Below are positions 28,801 to 40,800 of a stretch of 64,000 nucleotides of DNA, piece by piece; the stretch's first letter is position 1, and every line of letters starts with the position of its first letter. This DNA comes from Gnetum montanum (lineage: Eukaryota; Plantae; Gnetophyta), in NCBI GenBank assembly GCA_015680685.1, contig MNCI01000551.1, positions 928,985-992,984 of the forward strand, written 5' to 3'. The translations under genes were made by a program, and so were the position numbers. The notes below the pieces were generated by a model, which saw only the letters and a list, made by a program, of their open reading frames with translations, had not been told where the DNA came from and did not search any database.

Positions 28801-31800
28801 GGCTGGGCCACAATAGTGCTAAGCCTCCAACAACAGGTGTTGACAGCAAGAGCTACTGCTAGGATAAGTGGTTGTGGTAGCAGTAGCTCCGGAAGGTCAG
28901 CAAGATGTCAAACGACATCTCCGGAAGATCAGCAAGATGCCAAGGGCAATGACGTTGCATGTGTTCCAGAGGGTTTTGCTTCTTAGCATCGTGAACTGCA
29001 TTCTGGAACTGCAACGTCCCACCCCATGTTGTCCAGGGAGTTTGAAAGTGTGCACGCTTGCTTGTTCATAGGGTCATGGATGTGAGCTGGGGGGCATTGC
29101 ACTACGAACCTAGTTTAAGGTCTTGGTAGACCATCAGATGTGCTGGTTTAGGGTCCCAGCAGACCGTGATGTGCTAATTTAAGGTCCTAGCAAACCGCTA
29201 TGCTAGTTTATCGTCGTAGCGAACGGTGGATGGCCAATTTAAGGTCATAGCGGACCATGCTGTGGGTGCCAGTTTTGCGTCATAGCCCAAGGACGTGCTG
29301 TGTCAGTTTAACGTCATAGCGAACATGCTTTGCTAGTTTTACATCGTAGCAGACAATTGTCTTACCTTACTCTGTACTTGATGTAATCCTTTGCGTCAAA
29401 CATAGTATGGCTTGAGATTCAAGTAGTTAACAGGATTTGCGAACTCGTTACCATTCATATCAACCAATTTGAAGGCCCTGTTCTCATAGGCTTTCGTGAC
29501 TACGAAAGGGCCTTCCCAGTTGGCTGAGAATTTGTTTACATGTTCACGAACAGCCTTGAGAAATAGGTCCCCCTTCTTGATCGGCCGTTGATGTAAATTG
29601 CAGTGGTGCTTTTGCCGTTGTTTATCCTGGTACCATTCGATGCGACCAAGTGTTTGGGCACGCTCCTCCTCTACAAAGTCAAAATCGATGATCCTTGACT
29701 CGTTGTTTTGAGCCTCGTCCACAACGTTTAAGAGGATCATCTGAAGTGATGGAACCTGCAATTCAAGGGGTAACACTGCTTCAGATCCGTAAACAAGATT
29801 GTATGGAGTCTTACCTATAGTTGTCTAGCATGTCGTACGGTAAGCCCACAACACGTAGAGGATTTGCTCGTGCCATCGCCTCTTACTGCTACTAAGCATC
29901 TTTTTGAGAAGGTTGATAATGGCTTTATTTGTTGCCTCTACCTGACCGTTGGCCTGTGGGTAGTACGACAATGAAAAAGAGTGTTTAATGCCAAGGTTGT
30001 CACAAAAGGTTTTGGTTTCCGCGCTACTAAATTGTGGCCCATTGTCCGTCACAATAGTCATGGGAAGACCAAACCTTGGTACTATGTTATCCAAGATAAA
30101 GTGGCAAACCTATTGAGATGTAGTCTTCCTTAGGGGAATAGCCTCTACCCACTTTGTGAAGTATTCGGTTGCGGTGATAATGAAGTTGTCCTGTAGAAGA
30201 CTTAGGTGTGATGGGTCCTATGATGTCTAGTCCCCAACGTTGGAATGGCCACATGATCTGTGTAAGATGTAAGTCCGTAGGTTACACATGTATAAGGTTT
30301 GCATGACGTTGACATACATCACATGTTCTAACCTTGGCAAGGCAATCGCGTTCTATGCAAGGCCAGTAGTACCCTAGGCATCTGATTTTTACTACCATAG
30401 CCCTAGGGGCTATGTGTCCCTCACATAGTTCCTCATGGACTTCGTTAACAATTTTTTGTGCTGCAAGTTAGCAATATCCCATCAAAGGAGCGTTTGCATA
30501 AGGTGTTATCTCCTATAAGGACATACTGTCAGGCTCACTTTCGTATTGCATCCTTTTGAGCAGATGTCAAGCCGTGTGGGGGTTCGCCATGTTGAAGGTA
30601 TGCTTTGATGTTTGCATACCATTCTTGGATATCTATCACACTGACAAATGCGATATGTGCCGCTTGAGTAATAGGATCTATGCATTCTATTATCGAAGCA
30701 GGAAAAGTTGCAAACAAGTGTGATGGCACATTCAATGCTAATGTGGCTAGGGCATCAGCTACGATGTTCTCGTTGCGAGGTACATGTTGAATGTCTAACA
30801 TTGTGAACTGCTTTAGTAAACTCTTAGCTAGATCGCAATAAGGTTGCAAATGTGAAGCCTTGCAAGCATAGACTTCAGTGATCTGGTTGACAACTAATTG
30901 TGCGTCACCCTGGACTGCCAAATGTTGGATCTTTAGCTTTTGTGCTGCTAAGAGGCCCCTAAGGAGGCCTTCGTACTCAGCTACGTTGTTCGTACAAAGG
31001 AATGTAAAGCGATATGCAAAGGGTCGAATTTCCCCAGAGGGAAATGTAATAACTGCGGCGGCGCTACCACCTCATGTAGTTGAAGCACCATCAAAATGTA
31101 AGCTTGCTTCGAAATCAGATGGTACAGAGTTTAGGCTATTGATGTGTTCATCCAGGAATTCGGGTTCTATTATTGCCTGATCATCAATAGGTGAAGTTGT
31201 AACTATGTGGCTATTACTTGATCCTTTATTGATGATTGTGCCACATAATGTAAATCGAATTCCACCGTTATAGCTTTCCATCGGGCTATCCTACTGCTCT
31301 CGTATAATGTAAATCGAAGTATGTTGCTCTTGCATATGATGTTAACTTTGCTGCGAAACAGGTAATGTCTCCACTTTTTGAGCGCAAACACTAAGGCGAG
31401 ACAATATTTTTCTACCCCGTTGTACTTTGCCTCGTAAGCTATTAATGCATGGCTTAAGTAATAGACCGGGATTTCAAACCCGTCGTCTCTTTTTTGACCT
31501 AGCAATGCAGCAATAGATGTGTCTGAAGTGGCAAGGTAGATGTAGAAAGGCTTACCTCTCTGTGGTGGGTAAACAGTTGGGAGATGCAAAAGCTCTTTCT
31601 TTAGGTTATCAAAGGCTTGTTGACATTGATCTGTCCACTCAAAGTTGACCCCCTTTTTGAGTAGGTGTTGCATGGGGTGTAGTTTGTCCGTCAACCTCGC
31701 AATAAACCTTCTGATAAACTGCACTCTACCTTGCAACCGGCATAATTCTTTAGGGTTTGTAGGTGGTGCTAAGTTAACGATGGCCCTCACTTTATCGATG

Positions 31801-34800
31801 TCGACTCATATCCCTGTTTCCAACACTACAAAACCTAGCATGCGTCTGGTTTTAACTCCAAAAACACATTTTCTAGGGTTGAGGCGCAGGTCATGCCTAT
31901 GACAACGTTGGAGGACTATATTGAAATCGTTGGGATGATCAATAGCTTTCTTAGACTTGACTGCTATGTCATCAACTTAATCATTTAATATCTCCAAGAG
32001 GTAGTCAATAAAAATATATGTCATGGCTCGTTGATAAGTTGTTTCAACATTTTTGAGTCCAAAGGGCATCATTGTGTAACAAAAGGTTCCCCAAGGGGTC
32101 ATGAAAGTGGTTGCCAACTAATGCTCTAGGTTTATACGGATTTGATTATAGCCCAAGAACCCATCCATGAAAGACAGTAAGGCATGACCAACCGTAGTGT
32201 CGATGAGTTGATCGATACTTGGCAATGGGAAATCATCCTTAATTGTTGCTTTGTTCAAGTCTTGAAAATCTATACAAATTCATATACCTCCGATTTTCTT
32301 AGAAACTACAATGATGTTGAAATTGCCAGTTTAAGGTCATGGCAAACCGTCACCGGGCCACATTACAAGTTTAAATTGCTAGTTTAAGGTCTTTGCGGAC
32401 CGTAACTGAGCCGTATTGTAGGTTAAAATTGTTAGTTTAAGGTCTTTGCGAACTGTAATAAGGTCTAAAATTTGTAAATGTAGAGCGAAAATTTTGGTGG
32501 GCCCACTTACTATGCTACCGATGAGTGCTACATTGTAGTGGGACTATGTTACAGTAGTGCTACGCTGCAAGGGTGTCCCACGTTACCCGAAACGTGAAAG
32601 TGACAAGTGTTTTACTGCGTTGGCTATAAATAGGGGATTACCCCCTGGTAAACTTGTCATTCTCCTTGTCAAAGCCCACACTCAGAGTGTAGCGTGGTCA
32701 AACAGAGAGAAAGCGTAACAGGCATAGTGTAGCAATTGGTCCTACCGATTTGTGAGTAAGGCAATGGTGCCACAAAAGCGAACGTAGGCATTGGGGACTT
32801 GCCAAGGTGGATGAACTAAAGGACACTCTGGGGCACCTCTCCAAGGCACGCGTCAAGGAGCGGCAAGAGGTTCCGTCTGCTTGGTAAGTCGTTACACTAC
32901 CCTTGTTTCCATTATGTGATGCATCAGGTTAGATTGCCATTGTCATTACTGTTGTCATTTTTGCAACTATTGTCATTGTTTTTGTTGCCGTTTTGGCCGC
33001 TACACGGTGGTTGTCGCTACTTGGCCGCAGCGGCCGTACGGTTGTTACGCTACAGCTGCATGCGGTACCACACCGGCCGCCATTGTTAAGAATAGTCACT
33101 GCACTATCGCAGGGGTTTAGGCGATTCTGGGCAGCATAGCGCACGCTCGGCGTAGCGTACCACCCTTAAAGTACTTTATTTGTTTGCAAAGTTTTGGAGC
33201 AGCGTGGCACATGCCTAGCGTAGCATAGCATGAGCTATTTCATATGGTAGGGTAGGGTTGGGACAGCGAGGGCGCTGTGAGTTCTTTTTCATTTGTGCTA
33301 TTAGACTATAACATTTTCATTGTTGTTGCACTACGCTATTATATTGACAAGCCCTTGGGCCGTCACACTGGCACTCTGTTATGCTGCTATACTGTTAAGT
33401 TTGTAACACTGCTACGCTGTTAAGTTCGCCATGCTACTAAATTTGCTACACTACAACGCTTGTTCCATTGTTACACTACTTGTCCCGTTGCGTCCGTTGT
33501 ACTTGTTCTGAGGTGCAGTCGTCTTGCTACGCTACACGTAATGTAGCTGATACCCTTGTGCAAAAGTGTAACTGCTATGCTATGTCGTACAAGGTATGTC
33601 TGCTACACTGTGCTATGCAGCGCGTAACTGTTACTCTGTAGATTGCATCCCTATGCTACGCTACATGTGGTCTAGCTGTTACGCTACGCTACACATGACA
33701 CTTTGTTGCATTGCATGCAATGTTTAACTCTGTTTTTTACCTGAGACTTATTTGTTTCACGCCTAAGGGAAATTCATAAACAAAGGGTCACGCTACGCTA
33801 CATCAGTGATCATTACTTGAACACAGTGCTAACGTTTGATGCTTTGTCATGCAAGGTCATATTGAAACCCGTTCTAATCGTCCTTGAGGTGGTAGGAGTC
33901 CTATGCTGACTTAGCAAACCCATGGCCAATGCCCCCCCACCCCACACACGAGTAGGGCAACAGGCGATCTAGTTCCAGGAGGGTGCACGGGACTTCCTAG
34001 AGTTCCTCCTTCGCCATTTTAGTGTGATCGTGTGGTCACACTTATCGGCCAAGACAGCGGCTGTACTTACAGAAACGTTGTTACCCAGGGCAAACCAAGG
34101 CATTCTGAAGTTCATGGCTGACAAGTCAATCGATGGCAGCGAAGGGGCAGAAGGCTCAGACCAGCGCCCAAGGGACTTGAGACACCTAAGTTGGATCTAG
34201 GACATGCCTGAATACAAATGCTACTATTTATACAACACATTATACATTGCCCGTCACATGGGCACTTGCTTTCAAAACCCACCTGGAACCGTTTATTGTG
34301 CCAACGGGTGAGTCCTGTGGAGGTATTTTAATGTGTTACGCTAGATAAAAATGCTTACTGTATTCTTGCATGTTGCCAGGTTTTATATCGATGAAGGTGA
34401 TCTTCACGGTAACACAGATACATTGGCGTTGACCCAAATGGCTCTCCAAGAGTTCTCCTCTACCGGGAACGTGCATGCCGGTGTTATAGAACAACTTGGG
34501 CTTGATTTTAAAGCCTATCCAACCAGGTATTCCAAGTTCTATGGGAAATGTAAGGAAGTTGGCTGGTTGGATAGCAAATGGACATCGTGCTGACCGATTA
34601 CCATTGAAGACATTTTGGTGGAACTCCCACCATTTCCTATGCCGTTTAAACCTAGTATGTTAAACTGTGTGTTTGTCCTTATGTGTTCAAGTGATGATGT
34701 GCTTTTTGCCTTTGCTAACTTTTGTTTGTTGTTAACCGTGCAGTAGCGAGGGAATCCCAAGAGGTCACAGTGATCACCTTTGGGCATGACGAGATCAACC

Positions 34801-37800
34801 TCTTCTTCAAGTATGGGGAGGTGGAGGAGACTCAGCGTTGGCTGTGCAATGGGGCCCCAACCACCCTTGTTCACAACATTCAGGAGGCTGGGCTCATGGA
34901 TTTATTTCTGGCTGTAAATCCAAGTGTCCCGGCTGCAGAAATGCTTTCCCTAGCCGATTCCTTCTCCGAAAAGGTTGACCGCTTCCGCACATGTGTTCAC
35001 AATGTGGGTGGTGTTCGAAATTAATGATCAACTATTTGTGGATCTTTTCGGTGTCCCTTCAGATGGTCTCCCTATAGGAGAAAAATTTAAGAAAGATGCA
35101 AACCATCAAGGGGATATTGAGGAATCGCTAGGGACGAGCAAGGACCGAAAGGGGATTTACATCCACAAGGTCAAGCTAGTGATGGCCCAAATGGTTTACC
35201 CTGTCTTCCGTGCCCGTGCCTTCCCTAAGCTACTCTCCCAAGGAAAAATTCTTGGGGTAGAGCAAGCTTGGATAATGAGGGAGGTCATGGAGGAAGGGAC
35301 CCGTTATAACTAGGCCAGGTACCTTTTGGAAGGCTTGCGTACTGAAATGGTCAAGCTTCATGAGAATCTTGACTCTCGTTTCAACATGCACTACGCCTTT
35401 TTCGTAGCTTGCTTGCGACGGTTCGCAGAATTCCTGGTGGTCCATGAAAATGGCGCCTGGGTACAGCAGGATCGTAACTAAATATCTAAGCCATGGATTT
35501 GCCAAGTTTTCCGCACCACCCGATCCCAGGACCCCCCAGAAGCTATCAGGGAATCACTTTCAATAATGACGAGGGATCAGATGGCACGACCCTTTCGTGC
35601 CCGGGACAGTGTGGGGGAGGCACCTCCTATTAACACAGGCAATGTGTTAAGGGGGGAACGCCTCATTGCAGAAACAGTGAAAACTAGGCTGCAGCGTAAG
35701 AAGTCTTGTCCTACAAAAGAACCTCTCCGTATGAATGAAGAGAGGGGGAAAAAGCTGCGAATCAAAGTTCGCAAAGTGCAACCCCCAATTGGTAAGTGTA
35801 TTTAATTGTCCGCTTAGTGTAGCATCTGCTACGCTGTGATACGTTGTGTAGCGTAGCGTAGCACCTATTTTATGCTAAAGTGTCCTGCTTATTTCGATCA
35901 TGTGTTATCAGAAGAAGAAGAAAAGGAAGAAGCCTTGGCCCCTGGAGTAGGGGCACCTAGTGAAGAAGAAGAAGAGGCCCTAGCCGTAGAAGAAGAGGCC
36001 CCTGCCAATGACCTCTTTGCAGAATGTGATTCAGTACCCAAGGGGCACATGAGTGTCGAGGACGCCGCTGCACTTTTGAATCTGGAAAGAGAGGGGCTAC
36101 AATTTGATGTTGGTGAGTTTGACCGCTTGCTTGACAGTGTGTTGATGGGCGATCCCCCCGCTATCACCCTTAAGGGTTTGCTGGGTAGGAGCTTTGCACT
36201 GTCGTTTGTCATTTTTCATTAGCTTTGTTGTTGTCCTCTCCATTGCTAACATGTTTTATTGTGCAGCGGACACCACTGTTGATGCCCCTGGCCCTTCTTC
36301 CTCAATCCATCTCCGACCCTGGACCGAGACCCCTGACAAATTCACTTTTATGGAGGAGGTGGTCGATGACATGATCGATCACCTGAGGCAAATCGATCCT
36401 AAGATTGGTACGTTAAAATTGCTACGCTAGGCTCTCTACGTTGTTGCAATTTTGCTATGTCACTGTGACTAACGCTCTCCCATGTATGATTGGCAACCTC
36501 TTGTCTCAAGTGGGATCCTAAACAAGCCATTGAGGTCGATGTTGTGCCCGAACTTCCACCAAAGGTAGCCAAGGTACCTTGTCACATATACGATGAAGCA
36601 AGTAAATGTGCGTTGTATTCGGCATGCTCCTCATGGGAGTGTAGGTGTGTGAATGATGATTTGTGGAAGCGGGTACAAAAACTTGAGAAAGAGAAGGCCA
36701 ACCTAACCACTGAGGTGGGGGACCTCTGCTCCAGAAATGAATTTCTGTTAGCCCGTGACACTCGCGATGGCAGTTGGCGTACGGCAGTCATTGACTACGC
36801 AAGATATTGGACAGCCATACGAGGTAAAAATGAGGCCACTCATGAGATCATTGAATAGCACATGCAGATGGACCTTCTAGCCCAGAAGAACCAAGACTAA
36901 AAGGATTATAGTGCAAAGGTTTACGAATGGGGACAGGCACAGAAGAACCATAAGCATATGTATAAAATGAAACGTGCCGCCTATCGTAAACAATACCGGG
37001 ATGCTTCGGTTAAGTTGCATACCCATGAGCTATTCCTTGATGTCATTGGTGCTTCCGAGGCTTATGAGAAGTTCATGCAACAGGTGATGGTCAGTGAGTC
37101 TCCTGAAAGGGAAATGACTCTACCTGCCGGGGAGACCACCACCGCCACGTTTTCCCCAGGACCACCTAGATGGACAGCTGTGAAAAAAGGAAAAGTTGCA
37201 GCAAGCATTGATCTGGGAGATGGGAATTGGGCCAACCTCACTGAGGAGGAGATCCTGCAACGTCTTGCAGCTGGCATGGATTGGATATCCTCCGAAATGG
37301 ACGTGGGGCCATCTCATGTTTGTCTCTTTTTGTTGTGTCATAGTTTATTTTATAAAAGCCTCTGCTGTAGCTTTAATTCATTGTTTTATTTTCTGTCTTA
37401 CGCAGGATCCAAATGAAGAGGCAAGACCCAGTGGAACAGGGAATGGTGATGTAGGCGAAGATTCATAGTGTGGCGGCGTGAAATTTTTAATTTTTGCTTT
37501 TTGGATTTAAAAAAAAAAAATTGTAAACATTATTGACTGATATTGAATATAATGTGAAACAATTTATTTCATTTTGGTTAATGTATTATATTTATTTTTA
37601 TTCTCTGTCTTTTTTTTTTTTTGGGCCCCTTGGGAGCTTCTTGTTTTAGTTTAAGGCCATTTCAGGCCGTCACTAGTTTTAGGCCATTTCGGGCCACAGC
37701 AATAGTTTAAGGCCATTTCGGGCCGTCGCTAGTTTTAGACCATTTCGAGCCGCAACAATAGTTTAAGGCCATTTCTGGCTGTCACTTAATGATAAAAGAT

Positions 37801-40800
37801 TTTTTTTGTTTGTTTTTGGAGACGTGGAGTGGCCAGTTTTAAGCCTTAGTGGGCCGCGATGGTAGTTTAAGGCCATTCCGGGCCACGGTGCTAATTTAAG
37901 GCCATCTCGGGCCGAAGCGGTAGAATCAATGCAAGCAATAGCTATAATGTAAATGGTGGACACAATGTAAACAGTAAACACAATGCGGATGCAAACAATG
38001 GACATGATGCAAAGAATTGAAATAATGTAAACAGTGATTGTAATGACAAAAGAAATGAATATAATGCAAACTGTGAGCAGGGGTGCTAAAAGTGAACATA
38101 ATGTAAACAGTAAACGTAATGCTAAAATTAAGATGGAAGAGGATAATGAAGCCAAGCATTTATGGGGCTGAACTAGAGATAATCTCTAATTACGCAGTTG
38201 TTTTCTAACCCATCGTGGGCTAGGTGAAGCGTATGGCTGAGAGGCTTTGTTGTGGTATTCTTCTATGTTGTTGTCTACCGCCTGGAAAGGCAACTCGACC
38301 CACATAGTTTCTTTGTCTACGTCGGCGTTTTTGGCTGGCTCATCAATCAAACAAGTAGTTTTAGTAGGAATAGACGCTTTGTTTTCATAAATTACTATCT
38401 CTGAGCCCTACTCCATGTCAACATTGTTTATTGCTTGGGCAGCCACTTCGTCACCACAGATCACCACTTCCCTGCTCACATAGGGTAAGTGGATCTCTTG
38501 ATGTATGGGTGAAGAGACAATCCTTAATTGGGCTAATGATGACCTCCCCAAGATTAGGTTGAACCCGGGCATCTCTTCTACCACGATGAACACCGCGCTT
38601 GTGGGGAACTAGTTCCCTACCACAAAGTTAATGTGGACAGTTCCCTTTATCACTACGCATGCTCCGTTGAACAATTTTAGGCACGAAGTTGCTGTGGGCT
38701 TGATTTGATCAACCAAACCCAATTTGTCCACTATGGGAAATGGAATGACATTTGTAGCGGCCCCATCATCAACGTGTACCCTTCGGATCTTGTACTGGCC
38801 GACCTGAATTGTGATGAACATGGGCGTTGTTGTCACCTGACCCTTTTCAGGGTCATCCTTAATGGACTTATCATGAAATGTCAACTAAGTCGGCCGCAGT
38901 TCCTCGGCCGTAGAGGGAAGCATGACAGCGTGGATCACTTTCTCCTCGGCCAGCATGCTTTCGTCAACCGGAATGGATGTTAACATGTGAACCATGGCCC
39001 CGTGGTGCGCAGTGAAAGTCATTACCAAGTCATACAAACTCAAAGTTGTATTTTTCTGTTTCAGAGCCTGTTTAACTTGCGTGAGGGCGTTGAGAAGACC
39101 CTGCCCATCATCTTGTTGTTTGTTACCCCTTTCCTCCTCCATTCGTCCTAGGAGACAAATCTCCCGAGGGGGGCAGTTTCAGGTTGAGAGCTGGGCTTTC
39201 TCGGGCGGGAAGGTGACGATTGTGTGCGTGCATTGTTATCAATTGTTGATGACGAAGGGGCCATGGGCTTTGAGGCCAAGGGGGTAGGCTTGGGGGGACC
39301 TAACGCAGTGCGTTCCTTGACCATCTTGTACGCTTAAAGCTCCTCCCGTTTTTTCGAACGGCAAGGCTGCGATGCTATTTTTGTTGCTTGGCTTTGTGTG
39401 GTAGAGGCACTTGAATGTTTTGGCACCTTAATGATGAATGGTGCCTATTGTGTTGGCACAGGCGGCGGTGCAACTTTGAGCACAAAGGGTGCGGAGGCGG
39501 ATGTCTGAGGAGGAACCTTAAGGACAAACAGTTGTTGTGATGCCATTTTTGTTGTTGTTGGGGTTGCTGCGTTACGGGGAGGCACACGCACCACGAATGG
39601 TTGTTGTGGTGGTTCTAGATTGTTGTCAATGCCAATAACGTTGATTGTGTACCCTGCGTTGTTGGCGTTCAGGGGGTCCTTGTAAACATGCATTGATTGA
39701 TTCTCGAGGCGAACAGGACTACTTTCGTCCAGGACCAACTTGCCCTAATCGATCATGTGTTGGATATCGTCTTTCAATGCTAAACAGTAGTCCGTATTGT
39801 GACCACACAATTGATGGTAGACACAGAACCATTCTAGCCTGAAGTTCTTAGGAACTGGTGGCTCATTGGGCGTGGCCAAGGAGGGGTTCTTGAGAACTTC
39901 GCAATATCTTTGATGACGCTTGATTGCCTCATCCGACATCCGTTTATGTTGTATACACCTAGCACCTAGCAATTGCTTCAGCAGTTTTGAAGGCTTAATG
40001 GGCAAGGGGGTATACTTAGAGCGATCCTTGCGCTCAAAGTTGGGCCTAGGCTGGGTTGACGCCTCAAATGCTGATGTTGAGGGTTGACCGGTGTTGCTTG
40101 AACTAGGTGTGGCATTGGGTGTTGTGGCCGACTTCTTGTTGTTGCTGTTGTTGGGTTTGGTCTCGTTGGCTACAGCGGCCACCATGGCTGTTCCGGCCTT
40201 GCCCTTCTCTTTGTCCTTTTTGATGTGTGCATTTTTGTATGTGACATAGGCCGGGTCTTTGCTAGCTTCGGCCGCATCCTGGATGCTCTTGGTCTAAGCA
40301 AAGGCTTGGCTGAGAGAGCGCGGAGCCAAGTAATAAAGCTTAGACTTAATAAAGTCGTTTACTGCTCCCTTGAAGATGGCCAACAAGTGGGCCTCAGCAA
40401 TAGGCTCGTGTATCTCATTCAAGGTGGCACTCCACCGCTGTATGAATCTCTACACAAATTCCAGTGAGTCTTGCTTGACGCTCATGAGCTGGTCCAATGT
40501 GACCTCCAATTTCAAGTTGTACTTGAAGCGGGTCACGAACTGACTCAACAACTCCTCCAAGGTTGAGATGGAGGCACGTGGGAGCGCACGGTACCAGTCC
40601 AGAGCTTTGCCTGTTAGAGACATGGCAAAGACACGGATGATGGTGTGTGGCCATTGTTGCAACAGTGGAGATTCAGATCTAAACATTCCCAAATGAGCGT
40701 TGGGATCGCCCTCCCCGTTGTATTTTGTAAATTGGGGGAGCGACACCCCGAGGGGTAGCATAAGCATAGGGACAGCCAAACTGATGGGGTCGTCATGGTA

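Noticed and set aside
29110-37920. TAGTTTAAGG arrays as CRISPR-like repeats
   Set aside because: Eukaryotic TE context, degenerate tandem units without unique spacers, and no cas genes.
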